A stretch of DNA of 64,000 nt from the NCBI GenBank assembly GCA_030704615.1, contig CM060734.1:17236001-17300000 (forward strand), written 5' to 3'. Positions within the stretch are counted from its first letter, which is position 1, and each line of letters starts with the position of its first letter. Under the pieces are notes generated by a model. The model was given only the letters and a program-made list of their open reading frames with translations. It had not been told where the DNA came from and did not search any database. The DNA is from Takakia lepidozioides. Lineage: Eukaryota; Plantae; Bryophyta. This document shows positions 1 through 11,919 of the stretch, piece after piece. The translations under genes were made by a program, and so were the position numbers.

Positions 1-2570
1 CGAATATTCTTGTCAGCTCGCCATGAATCCTCTTCTCCCCAGGTGCCTCGTCAAGTCTTCGTCTCACTGGACGGGTATGAACATCTCCTTCCAAATGTTG
101 GCCTCTTCGCAGCAATGGCGTGTCCCGAAGGCCCTCCCGCAAGGCCGCCGCCCACTTCTGAGGATTCTTCGATCTGGAGGCAGTCCGCATCAGCATTTCC
201 TGCCTGTCCGGCCCCAAGCCCCACTGTTTCCCTTTCAAGAACTCGTTGTACCTGCATTGCTGCATAATTGACCTCACAATGTCCTCCGTTGTGGCAGTGA
301 GGATGTCCACCAGATGCGCCGCAGAGGAGGCACGCCAGGAAGAGTGCACTGATTCGGCCATGTTTGTCGTGGGCATGTCGGTGTCGGAGTCGAGACACAT
401 TTCCTGCACAAGCACATGTTCAGGTTACAAGCAAGTTACAAATATGGCCAAGAATAATATCCAACGGGACGCGAATTCGTGCAACTCACCTCCCGCATAT
501 AGTCGCCGAACTGGAGGAAACGATAATGCCACCATGCTAGCCAACTGACCATTGCTCCTTCGTCTGATTTCCTTACAGCACCTGACGATGTCCACCAAGC
601 CCGTATGCATGCAAACTGTGTCTCTGCATCATCCAAGGTGGGAGCGCGCTTCCACGCAAGGCACATGGAACGGTGCTCCTCTCTGAAATCTGGCGCCACG
701 AGCCTGGTTGTGTACTGCGAAAGGCTCTGCAGAAAATGGAACCCACAAGATCTCTCCTTGCCTTCCATGGGAACATTGGGGTCTTGCCCGTACACCCTTC
801 GGATGGCAGCCCAATTTGCTTGTGCGTTGTCCGCCATGAAACCACGGAAATTGGGAGGGGGCAATCCCGCCTTGGCCATCTGTTCGTTTATTCCCTGCCA
901 AAGAAGCATCTCCGATTGTGTGTCCTCTCCTTTCATCTCACAAATAGCAATTGTCATTAGCATCCTGCAGTGGGTGTCGTAGACATGTGCACCCATTGTC
1001 ACCCACTGGTGATTTGTAATTCGCTTGATATGGTCGAACATGACCCAACTGTTTGACAAGTTCCCACTCGTCATCCTGTCGACCAGTTCGACGCCACTGC
1101 CAGGTCCACACGTGGAATTTTGAATACGAAACAACGATCTGCCTCAGTCCCTTGTCCTGGAAACCTACTTCCATGAATGTAGTCATATCCACATCGTCGC
1201 TTCACCTCCAGAATGGAGTGCATATCCGAGCCACGCCCAATTTTCTGTTTGCATGAGACAATGTGGTTTCGGACATTCGGTGAACATACGTGGGACACCG
1301 ACTCCAGCAATGCCTCCATTTCCTTCTCGTCGAGAGGAACTCTATCGGAGCCGTCTTCCGACATAATTCTGGCCAATGCCATCTTATGGGCGGCTTGGAG
1401 CTGTATCTGTTTGGGTTTGGCACCCGGTCTCAACTTAACCTCCTCCTGAACGAGCTGCTCTGCTTCGTGGGCAGCCTCCCGCGAGTTCCCCCTCGCCAAT
1501 TTGTGACAATGGGAACCAACGTGTATGCAAGCTCGGGTGAGGTCGGGGAAACGGTGCAACACATAGAACTGCTTGGCATTACAAACAGACATGCAGTGTG
1601 GTGGTTCTTTGCAATGCGCACACTTAAATGTGGAGTTCGGAACCTTCTCCTGAGCTCGAAATGGTTGGTGAGCTGTGCCTGTCCAATCGGTCTCGTTCCT
1701 GTGACCTCTGGATTTAAAGTGGAAGCAAGTTGGGGAGAAACACCGCAACGCGCCCGCACAAACAACGTAGCGCACCCGCACACCATCAAGCATCTTCATG
1801 CTGGTGGTTTTGGTAACGCACCAAGGATGACCGTCATGTTTTCTATCCATATCTGTCAACAATCCGGACGCCCTCGAGTAGTCCGCCCGAGGAGGGAACT
1901 CAAAGAAGATATTACCGTCGACGTCGGCGGGAAGGCATGTAACCGATTTAATTGCGAACTTGCTGTAGTCCAGCCCGCCCAGCTCCGACCGGTGTCCCTC
2001 CAGGTGAAGCAGAATTTCTAGAATAGATCGAACTGCGGTGCTCGTGCTGGGAATATGACTCCCTCCTCCACTGACGTCCATTGAGGACTTGCCTGATCTC
2101 CAGGACGACCTCGGAACTTCCATGACCTCGTCTGAGTCGGACAGGTTGTGAACAACCCGGTTCTCGGTCGTCTTCATGGATGGGTTCGGCTCTGGATTTA
2201 CTTCGTTGCGGACTTCTCTCTTTGAGGTACCCACTCTCTGATTCGCGGATTGTTTCGTGGAAGGCGCCAGGATAGACGGTGCATTTGGCGGGCAAATGAA
2301 GTCCCCAACAGCCCTGTATATGACGCTGTCCGATGGTGGAACTCGCCATTCCCTGCCATCGCCGAAATCATCGTGGAGCACAACAATACTCTCGACAACA
2401 AGGCCGTTTGAGTCCTTCCTTTCCTCCTCCAAAAAAACCGACCCCGGTTTCAGGTGGTATCGAACGCACAGATATTTCTCCATCACCCGGCAGGTGTCCC
2501 CTCTGCACGGAAATGAAGCTCTATGCTCGTGAGGAGGGCAGTACACTGTAGCGCTCGGGTTTTCCGCCAT
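1..2570 (-). pseudogene. MULE-like DDE transposase with N-terminal GCM-like zinc domain (frameshift ~1120; intron 404-489; continues beyond window)
   Basis: HDGHPW...CAGALRC...C..C...C...HVGSH (GCM/WRKY-like). Catalytic core MFDHIKR, MADNAQ, CGFH (CxxH) and NMAESVH in the next exon. Homologs at 36800, 43510 and 51086. Confidence 0.8.
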
Positions 2571-2869
2571 GGGAGATGTGCACACAAGACTGCCAGGATG
2601 GCGTGCGGGGAAGCTCCCTGGTAGAAGGGGGTGCAGCGATGGGAATGAATGCGATGCCGATTTGTCCGAGCGACGAAGCCTGATCCAAATCCAGGGAGCC
2701 AACTATCTCAAAAATCCACAGTCAGAGTGTTAATGAACCTTGTCTCCGGAATGCGGCCCCTCGTCTTTGCGCAATAACTGCCAACGGTATGCAGTCAGAA
2801 AGTGGGGGGCCGTCCGGATGATGACGGCTGAAGGGGAGAAGCCGGCACCGTGCCGTCACATTACTACCC

Positions 2870-4895
2870 CCGAATGGAAATTCGGCACCCAATATCCAAC
2901 AGAGGAAGCCCGGATGAAGTCGCCTCGGGCGCAGAGGCCGGAGTGTGTGCGACAGAGAACATCCCCTGGATGGAGATTCGGCGCCGAATTTCCATCCGGG
3001 CCCCCCAAAGGGAGTCGTGTCGGGGGGTCAGGCCGAAAACTGGACGGCATAAAAACATCCCCAGATGGAAAAACGGCGCCGAATTTCCATCCGGGGCGGT
3101 TCGGATGCAGTCGGGGAGGGGGGAGTGGCCTGCACTTGGCCGTCACATTTCAACCCCCGGACGGAAATTCGGCACCGAATATCGAACAGGGGACGCCCGG
3201 ATGAAGTCGCCTCGGGCGCAGAAACCGGCGAGTGTGCGACAGAGAACATCCCCTGGACGGAGATTCGGCGCCGAATTTCCATCCGGGCCCCCCCAAAGGA
3301 AGTCTTGTCGGGGGGTCAGACCGAAAACTGGCCGACATAAAAACCTCCACAGATGGGAAAACGGCGCCGAATTTCAATTCGGGGCCGTTCCAATGCAGTC
3401 GGGGAGAAGGGAGAGGTCGGCACCTGGCCGTCATATTTCAACCCCCGGGACGGAAATTCGGCACCGAATATCCAACAGAGCGGCAGAGAGGCGGCACCTC
3501 TCCGACAGAGACCATCCCCCGGATGGAAATTCGGCGCCGAATTTCCATCCAGCAGGTAAGTGGAATCCCGGATGGATGGAGATTCGGCGCCGAATTTCCA
3601 TCCTGCAGGTAATTCAAATATCGGATGAATGGAAATTCGGCGCCGAATTTCCATCCAGCAGGTAAGTCCGATCGGTGCCGTATGGATATTCGGCGCCGAA
3701 TTTCCATTCGCCATGTATTTCTGCGTGAGGAATTACCTTCGTGCAGGTAATTCCCATATAAGAATTACCTTCGTGCAGGTAATTCCCAGATGAGAATTAC
3801 CTTCGTGCAGGTAATTCCAATCGATGTTAATTCCTCGTCCATAATTACCTACACGAGGGTAATTCTCATCTGGGAATTACCTGCACGAAGGTAATTCTTA
3901 TATGGGAATTACCTGCACGAAGGTAATTCCTCGCGCAGAAATACATGGCGAATGGAAATTCGGCGCCGAATATCCATACGGCACCGATCCGACTTACCTG
4001 CTGGATGGAAATTCGGCGCCGAATTTCCATTCATCCGGTATTCGAATTACCTGCAGGATGGAAATTCGGCGCCGAATCTCCATCCATCCGAGATTCCACT
4101 TACCTGCTGGATGGAAATTCGGCGCCGAATTTCCATTCATCCGGGATTCGAATTACCTGCAGGATAAATTCGGCGCCGAATTACCTGCTTGAGGGAAATT
4201 TGGCGCACCGCCCTACCTGCGCGGATGGAAATTCGGCGCCGGATTTCCATCCGCGCGCTTCCGAATTACCTGCGTGAGGAAATTTCCAGCGCCGCCCTAC
4301 CTCCGCGGATGGAAATTCGGCGCTGGATTTCCATCCGCGCGCTTCCGAATTACCTGCGTGAGGGAAATTTCCAGCGCCGCCCTACCTCCGCGGATGGAAA
4401 TTCGGCGCCGGATTTCCATCCGCGCGCTTCCGAATTACCTGCGTGAGGGAAATTTCCAGCGCCGCCTTACCTCCGCGGATGGAAATTCGGCGCCGGATTT
4501 CCATCCGCGGGCTTCCGAATTACCTGCGTGAGGGAAATTTGGCGCACCGCCCTACCTGCGCGGATGGAAATTCGGCGCCGGATTTCCATCCGCGCGCTTC
4601 CGAATTACCTGCGTGAGGGAAATTTCCAGCGCCGCCCTACCTCCGCGGATGGAAATTCGGCGCCGGATTTCCATCCGCGCGCTTCCGAATTACCTGCGTG
4701 AGGGAAATTTCCAGCGCCGCCCTACCTCCGCGGATGGAAATTCGGCGCCGGATTTCCATCCGCGGCTTCCGAATTACCTGCGTGAGGGAAATTTCCACCG
4801 CCGCCCTTCCTCCGCGGATGGAAATTCGGCGCCGGATATCCATCCTGCTGCGCTCCGAATTACCTGCAGGATGGAAATCCGTCGCCGGAATTCCA
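2870..4895. repeat. Array of palindromes (AT)GGAAATTCGGCGCCGAATTTCC(AT): ~287-bp direct repeats (2870-3480), an inverted repeat, then ~8 x 85-bp tandem units (4180-4870)
   Basis: The perfect 22-bp palindrome recurs more than 20 times with variants. The 85-bp period is visible in the repeated ORF starts (4189, 4274, 4613, 4698). Confidence 0.95.
3523..4136. repeat. Near-perfect inverted repeat, arms 3523-3816 and 3843-4136, 26-bp spacer
   Basis: Mirror ORFs at 3714(-)/3945(+) and 3707(-)/3952(+) give the same symmetry centre. The arms match by eye apart from a few transitions. Confidence 0.92.
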
Positions 4896-5683
4896 TCGTG
4901 CAGCGCTCCGAATTACCTCTACGTTGGAAATTCCGGGACTGTTTACGTCGATTTTCATCCGACATGGAGGGCTTCATCCGACATTTAATTGCGCAGTTGG
5001 GCAATAAATGTCGACGGCCGTCGGTTATTATTCGGGCTGGCGACGCATGGCTTCCTGGACACGTACCCTAAATCTCATGCTAAACTTGGCTTAACATGGT
5101 ATTCCAGGCATGTACCCCAAAAAAGGAGATCTTTTTGGCTGGGACTTATGCCGCCTGAAGGGCGTGGCTCTCCTGAGAGAGACCTCACATCCAGACCGCG
5201 GCGGAAGTTGAAAGCTCTGTACTACGGACGACGGCCAATCTCTCGCATGGCCAAACTGAAGCTCCAGCAGGAGATTCCAGTGTCTTGCTCACAACCTGCG
5301 CCAACTGAAGCCGAGTACTCTCAGGCAAGCCACTTCTGCTTTCGGTTTGTTCGATTTATTTTTTGCTTTCGCTTTGTTACCTCGCTTTGTTTTTGCATCT
5401 TCATCCTGGCTTTGCTGTATGAGTGAACTTTAGATAGTTGAGTGAACCTTAGATTGTTTGCAATGCGTGTGCAAATCCGGCAGCTCTGGAGAAGGCTGCT
5501 TGTGCATGTCATTCTTAGGCAATGGTTGCATTTGTTTTCATTGTTGTTGCATGGCTCTCCATACTTCCTAAACTTGTTATGTTTTCATTTTTGCTACATG
5601 ATTGTTGCTATGGTGGTTGCGCTGCTCGTTGCGATGCTGCTTTTTGCACCGATGTTGGTTTTCACGATTTTTGTCAATGACAG

Positions 5684-8600
5684 AGTGACGACGAGCCCGG
5701 CACGCTGGTGGTATCATCGACAGCTCCAACTCATCGCATGTTTGAATCGCCCAACTTGGGGCGAGAGGGCAAACTTAAACCTTTTGTTGGTGGACGGGAG
5801 GACTTGCAACGAGATTACGACAGAGTAGGCATTGGGGAGGTTGGTGCAGGCGGCATGGCAGGTGAAGGGCGTGAGGACATGAGGACAGCAGATCCGGCAA
5901 TGGAGGTTGTTCATGCACATGCAGTAGGGCCCGCCCACGCAAAGAAAAAGAAGAAAGCTAAGCACATGCAATCCCCGGCGAGAGAGCAGTCACGGGCTGC
6001 GGAGGGGGGAGTGAGCAGTGCGCGCGAGGGTGTCAGTTCGCCTCAATCAAAGGTGGTCGTCCTGGAGGGCTCCCCTGCTGCTAGCCCTAGTAAGAAACAG
6101 AAAGCCCGTGAGAGGGCAAAAGAGAGGGCAAAAGAACAGACGAGACAGAATGCTAGCCAGGAGGAAAGACAAAAGGCAGCTGAAGAGGCCAGGGGTGCCC
6201 AAATGACAGATGCCAATGTAAGCGAGGGACCCACAGAGACGGTGGATCCCTACAAGACACCACAGAGAGGCAGTAGCACACCGGTTAGACCATCGCGGGC
6301 AAGAGCAGCCCCCGCAATTACCCATACGGTGGAGAGTGGAGGAGAGGAAAGAACACCTGAAAGAGCACGGATTGTGCAAGTTCGAGGTGAAGCCAGGGAG
6401 AGGGCAGTAGAGACGACGAGAGTGCTGGAGGTGGTTTCGCAGGTGGCTGACCCTGTTGAGGAGGACGACATGGAGGTTTCTGACCAGGATGACATCCTCC
6501 CGGACATCCCCAGGCCCCAAACCCGGAGCATACAGGCTGGATTTGGCGGTCCTGGTGGGCTGCCGGAAAACCCCTCTGCAGCAGACGTCATGTCTGAGGC
6601 GGATATGAAGTTGGCCGCTGCCAAGATGTTGGAGGCAACCCACAGCAACATTGGCAGGGTGCTGGGGGGCATGGTGTACCCGGCCAAGCTTCGAATTCCC
6701 CTTTGCCGCTTGGTGTCATTGCAGGTGGTGAGACCTGCCCTCCCAGGCGATATCGACAAGCTGAAATTCTCTTTCCGGGATGGATATCGAATGGGGTCTG
6801 CCGCCTTTTACGTTTCCATTGAGAACGACCACGGAGCTTCCCGTGCCCACACTTCCGATGAGGTGGACAAATGGGGTCCCCATTGGCAAACGCGAAATGA
6901 GGAGTTCGAGAGATCGATTGCTAGTGATCCTCTTTTCCAGCACATGTCCGGTAAGATGTTCTACGTGTGGGACGGCAATCATCGCCTCCTGGCATGGATG
7001 GAGCACATTGCCCAAGCCCACCCCAACGATCTCGATTGGCATTTCGCCGTCGATTGTGTTGTGCTGAAGGTTGCGGGGCCCAAAGATCGCAGTCTTCTCA
7101 AAGCTGCAATGGCCGACATCAACTCGTAAGCTACAACCCCTCTCGCTTTTGGACTTTGAATTTGGAAGTCATTTCATTGCGAATCCTCATATATGATGAA
7201 AATTCCCATTTCAGTATTGTTTGATGGAAATGTGGCACTGCAGGGTGACTGAGAATGCCTTCATTGCCACCAACTTGTCCCATATGCTCTTCCGAGTGAA
7301 GGATGTCGGGAAGCAGGGGGTGCAAGAGTTTGCCAATTCCCTCAGTGCCGACCTCCTGCGCAAGTCGGAGGCAAAGGCAGACAGAACCTGGTATAGGCTG
7401 AGCGTCGACGCCATGGTGGACTACATATTTCGGGTAAAGCTCCTGACAGTTTTGTTGAGCTAATCTGTCTCTCCTCCCCCAATAGAAGAAATTGTGTTGA
7501 GCAGGATCTCTAATCTTATGTGCGCATTCTTGACAGACGAAAATACAGCAGGATTTGGCACATGCGCGGAGGTTCTACATGGAGTCAGAGGAGAAGAATC
7601 CAACCCTCCCGGAACTCGAATCGTATGTCAAAGCTGCGGAGGTGAGGGCCCGCATAAAGTACAAGTCGCGGATGGTAAAGTACGTGGCCATAGCTGATCC
7701 CGCCCTTGGTGCCGACTTTCTGGTGGAGGTGGGGAAGCACTACTCTCGCGCTCTGAAGCCCACGATGACATTGGAGAAGCTCCATCGTCTAGCCACATCC
7801 TGTGTGGATGCAACAGAAAAGGTGATACATTCTTAACAAAATTGTGGTGGCAACAACTCCTTTTTGTGGTGTTTGGCGCTTACGAATATGCTGGGTGGTT
7901 GGACAGACCCGGTGGCTCCAAATCTGGAATGGTTCCCAAAGTACCAGGGACATGTGGAGCTTCCCCAAACCGGACAAACTCTCTGACCCCACATTCGACA
8001 TGTGGATGAACCGCATGACATGGTGGTTTCAGGTACTTCCCCACGCTTCGTTTGGGGCTTCTACTCTAGTAGGGGGTGGATTCATTGTATTTTTTGAGGA
8101 AAGCGATCTGATGGACAATCTCCACAGGTGACGACGAATGCGCAAGAGCAGCTGGACACACAAGCACATCAGTTCAAGATGGAGATATCTCCTGCAGCAG
8201 AGAGCCTACGTGACTATGTGACGAGGTACTTTTGCTCTACAAAACCAACCTATTCTTTCGGGAGATAGCAGATGCTCGCCGGAGCCACGAGTTCACCGAC
8301 CAGCCGAACGCGGACAAAGCAGCAATGCGCCTTCTGTACAGGTACATACGCGCTGCCTTTCTTTCAAGTCCTGGCATTTCAGGATGTTAGAGGCCTCAAG
8401 TGGTGTTAGGGAAAATGGCGCCGAATTTCCAGTCAGGGCTCCGAAAATGGCTAAGTCCCTAGACTGGCTGGCCCGGAACTGGAAATTCGGCGCCATTTTC
8501 CAGTTCCAGGCCCTATTGCCGTTCAGGGACTTAGCCACTGGCTGGCCCTGAAGTGGAAATTCGGCGCCATATTCCAGTTTTAGGCCCTATTGCCGTTCAG

Positions 8601-11600
8601 GGACTTAGCCATTTTCGGCCTAAGTCCCTAGTGTGGCTGGCCCGCAACTGGAAATTCGGCGCAGTTTTCCAGTTCTAGGCCCTATTGCCGTCCAGGGACT
8701 TAGCCATTTTCGGGCTAAGTCCCTAGACTGGCTGGCCCTGAACTGGAAATTCGGCGCCCTTTTCCAGTTCCAGGCCGTATTGCCGTTCAGGGACTTAGCC
8801 ATTTTCGGGCTAAGTCCCTAGACTGGCTGGCCCTGAAGTGGAAATTCGGCGCCATATTCCAGTTCCAGGCCCTATTGCCGTCCAGGGACTTAGCCATTTT
8901 CGGTCTAAGTCCCTACGGTGGCTGGCCAGGAACTGGAAATTCGGCGCCGTTTTCCAGTTCTAGGCCCTATTGCCGTCCAGGGACTTAGCCATTTTCGGGC
9001 TAAGTCCCTAGTGTGGCTGGCCCGGAACTGGAAATTCGGCGCCGTTTTCCAGTTCTAGGCCCTATTGCCGTCCAGGGACTTAGCCATTTTCGGGCTAAGT
9101 CCCTAGGGTGGCTGGCCCGGAACTGGAAATTCGGCGCCGTTTTCCAGTTCTAGGCCCTATTGCCGTCCAGGGACTTAGCCATTTTCGGGCTAAGTCCCTA
9201 GACTGGCTGGCTCTGAACTGGAAATTCGGCGCCATTTTCCAGTTCCAGGCCGTATTGCCGTTCAGGGACTTAGCCATTTTCGGGCTAAGTCCCTAGACTG
9301 GGTGGCCCTGAAGTGGAAATTCGGCGCCATATTCCAGTTGTAGGCCCTATTGCCGTTCAGGGACTTAGCCATTTTCGGACCTCATTGTGTTTTTCATGAA
9401 TGCAGGTACTGTAAGTTCTCCCTTTTGGAGAAAGGTCATCTGTCTTTCGAGCCACCATTCTTCCTGGCATGGAGGAACCCTGGGGCTGACTCCATGTACA
9501 CTGACGATATTGTGAAGGAGTGGCATCTGGAACATTTGCGTGATTGCCCTTGGTATGTGGACCTTCCGCCCGGCTCGCTCGACCCATCCGAGTTTCAATT
9601 GAAGCTGGATGCTGAATTCCGACGAAACCGGGCTCCGCTGCCTCCGTTGGGTGCAAAAGAGGCAAAAGCGCTTGCGAACTCCAGGAAAGCGGCAGAGCTT
9701 GCTCAGGCAGGAATTCAGGAGAAATTGCATGAGAAGAGTAAAGGTCAAAGGAAAAGGACAAGGAAACAGGTGACTGCAGTAACACCCAAAAAGAAGAAAA
9801 CCATCGGGGCATCGGAGGAGGCGCAGGAGGGGACCCAAGAGAGTGACTCCGACGCCGATTTTGTTCAAGGTCCTGCGACTGCTGTTGCTCCTACCCAGTC
9901 ACCGGTCGTCCGGGTTCCCAAGTCAGTTCGGAGTGGGACTGGCTCTGCCAAGAAGTTGGCATTTGAGGGCGAGCCTACACGGCGGTATTCGGCGGTGACG
10001 TTTACGCACAGGCCAAAGCTAGAACCTCCAACCATCATCCAATGCGTCAATGAGAGCTTCCTTGACGCTCTCGCTGCCAGGGCGAAGAAGGTGGCACACA
10101 ACAAGTCTCTGGCGGAGCAGAAGGGGAAAGCCAAGAAGAGGGCTGCCGGTACAGAGCCTAAAGACACCCCTGGTTTTGAAGCCATGATGGAATTCTTCAC
10201 GGCTGTGAGCACGAATTGCAAGAGCACTCGGGGGGGGGTTGAGGTGGAGAGAGCTTGCGACATGATTCTCCTCGACATTCCAGATGGGGAGCTGCTGGAG
10301 GGCCTGGATGGTGTGCCCACCTGGAACAGGTTTACTGAGGACTACTGGAAAGCCGGGTTTGGGCTGGCGGGGATGCTTCTGGATGACGGTGGATGTGTGG
10401 TTGTCCTTGCCACGAGAGGGAAGACCACAGAGAATGCGGTGGCAAGGTGGACACCGAAAAGTGTCACCCCGGTCCTCCTCAGAAAATGGTTCTGCATCAG
10501 TACGCAGGGGTTGCGAACAGAGGGCCAAAGTGTAAGTTATCAATCTATTGCATTCACTTCATATTGTGGTGTATGTTAAGTAGACCCTGGAATTGATCCC
10601 TTCTTTGTTGGATGTGCAGACATTGGTGTTTGAGGCATATTGCTTTGTGAAGAGAGGGTCTACGTTCAAATTCCGCAACGACGGTCGTCTTGTTGATGCC
10701 GCTGTGGACCCTGTAACCTACGATGTCCTCTACAACTATGTGCCCCACTCTAGTATGCCGAAGGACACAAAGACAGGCAAACCGTGGCGGTACAGCCGGA
10801 CCCGGAGCCCTGCTTTCATCCAAACCCTCATGGAGACGTGCTCGGATGTCCAAGGGCGGATTCTGGACCTCACATGCGGCACGGGTAAGCCTTCACGTGC
10901 TCAGTTTGTCCCCTGGCCCCATTGCAATTGCATGCCGCAAGCTATTAACCGCCCGCTTTGTTCCTCAGGTGCTTCAATGTGGGCAGGGACGTTGTCCGAC
11001 AGGCATGTGTTCGCCTTCGAGCCAGATACTGCCCTCCACAACTCGGAACTTGCAGCGGCTGAACGTCTGCCGAAAGAGGAAGAGGCATCCTCGGAGGATG
11101 AGGAAAAATCCGAGAAGGAGCAGGGGGAGGAAGTTGGGATCGAGGCCGAGGAGCCCCCGGTTTACGAGTGAGTGGTGGCATTGTAAGTTGCCTCCAGATT
11201 TTGTGAGGCACCTCCCTCCGCTCTCTTATTTCATTGAAAACCCTTTCTGGTTGTGCTGGTATTGACATTCTTCAAGTGGATTTGTTCTTACTGTAGGATG
11301 CCAAGTACTGCCGGAGGGACGTCTACACCGGAGTTCATGGGCAGGAGGAACGTGCCTTTTTTTGCCAGGGGGGATTTCATGCCTAGTCCAGAAAGGGAGT
11401 ACATCCTTCCTACTTATGCTGCCCGGCTTGCTTCGGTGTCCATTAGGAGGTGTTCCGAACGTAGTCGTGTACAGCAGATTTTAGACGAGGCAAGCCTCAA
11501 GAAAATGAAGATGAGGGAGGAGGCAGCAGCTATTAGAGCCCGTCGGGCTCGTAGATTTGTGTTGGATTCTGCTGAGGAAAGTGGGGGAGAAGACGCAGAA

Positions 11601-11756
11601 GATTCCCAGGAGGTGAGGTGGACAGTCCCCCAAGGAGAGGACGGGATTTTTGAGAGGCATAGTGGAACTGATGCATCACAGAGCTCGGAGGATGAGGGGG
11701 ATGAGGGGGATGAGGAAGAAGGTGGGGCAAGTTCCTCGGAGGGTGTAGGAGAGTAG
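5684..11756 (+). CDS. Multi-exon ParB/Srx-like + beta-class N6A/N4C DNA methyltransferase-like protein (start uncertain, possibly an upstream exon near 5250; one apparent frameshift ~8240)
   Basis: Inferred exons 5684-7125, 7244-7433, 7537-7821, 7907-8032, 8128-8341, 9406-10531, 10620-10884, 10969-11167, 11297-11756, joined by GT-AG introns in frame. Motifs: YVWDGNHRLLAW (6971), ILLDIPDG (10274), SPAFIQTLMETCS-GRILDLTCGTG-ASMWAG...RHVFAFEPD. Confidence 0.75.
8405..9380. repeat. ~10 x 95-bp intronic tandem repeat, each a nested hairpin around CTGGAAATTCGGCGCC..TTCCAG
   Basis: Unit GGCTAAGTCCCT...AGGGACTTAGCC encloses GAACTGGAAATTCGGCGCCRTTTTCCAGTTC. Near-identical ORFs recur 475 bp (5 x 95) apart. 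Confidence 0.95.
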
Positions 11757-11919
11757 TGCCCATTCTGGCTATGACAGTTAGAACACACTTGTATAGACGT
11801 GGCTTGCCACAAAATTTGCAATAAAATGTTGCATTTCAAGTCCACTGGTGCCACATTCCAACTTCACATGACCCTATTTCCGTGCCTCCTAACCCTATTT
11901 CCGTGGACTCACAATGGTC

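Noticed and set aside
2870-4895. CRISPR array
   Set aside because: The intervening sequences are themselves repeated rather than unique spacers, spacing is irregular, there are no cas genes and the context is eukaryotic. The same applies to 8405-9380, 42510-43486 and 47590-48350.
2740-5071. ORFs with MEIRRRISI/WKFGAEFP repeats (also 8293-9296)
   Set aside because: These are translations of the palindromic repeats in all frames and on both strands.
5684-11756. Bacterial or phage contamination, or a restriction-modification/partition operon
   Set aside because: The gene has conserved spliceosomal introns and is embedded among plant retroelements; there is no ParA or nuclease partner.
11253-11756. 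Separate third gene
   Set aside because: It joins in frame to the MTase exon through a GT-AG intron (11168-11296) and is better read as the last exon.
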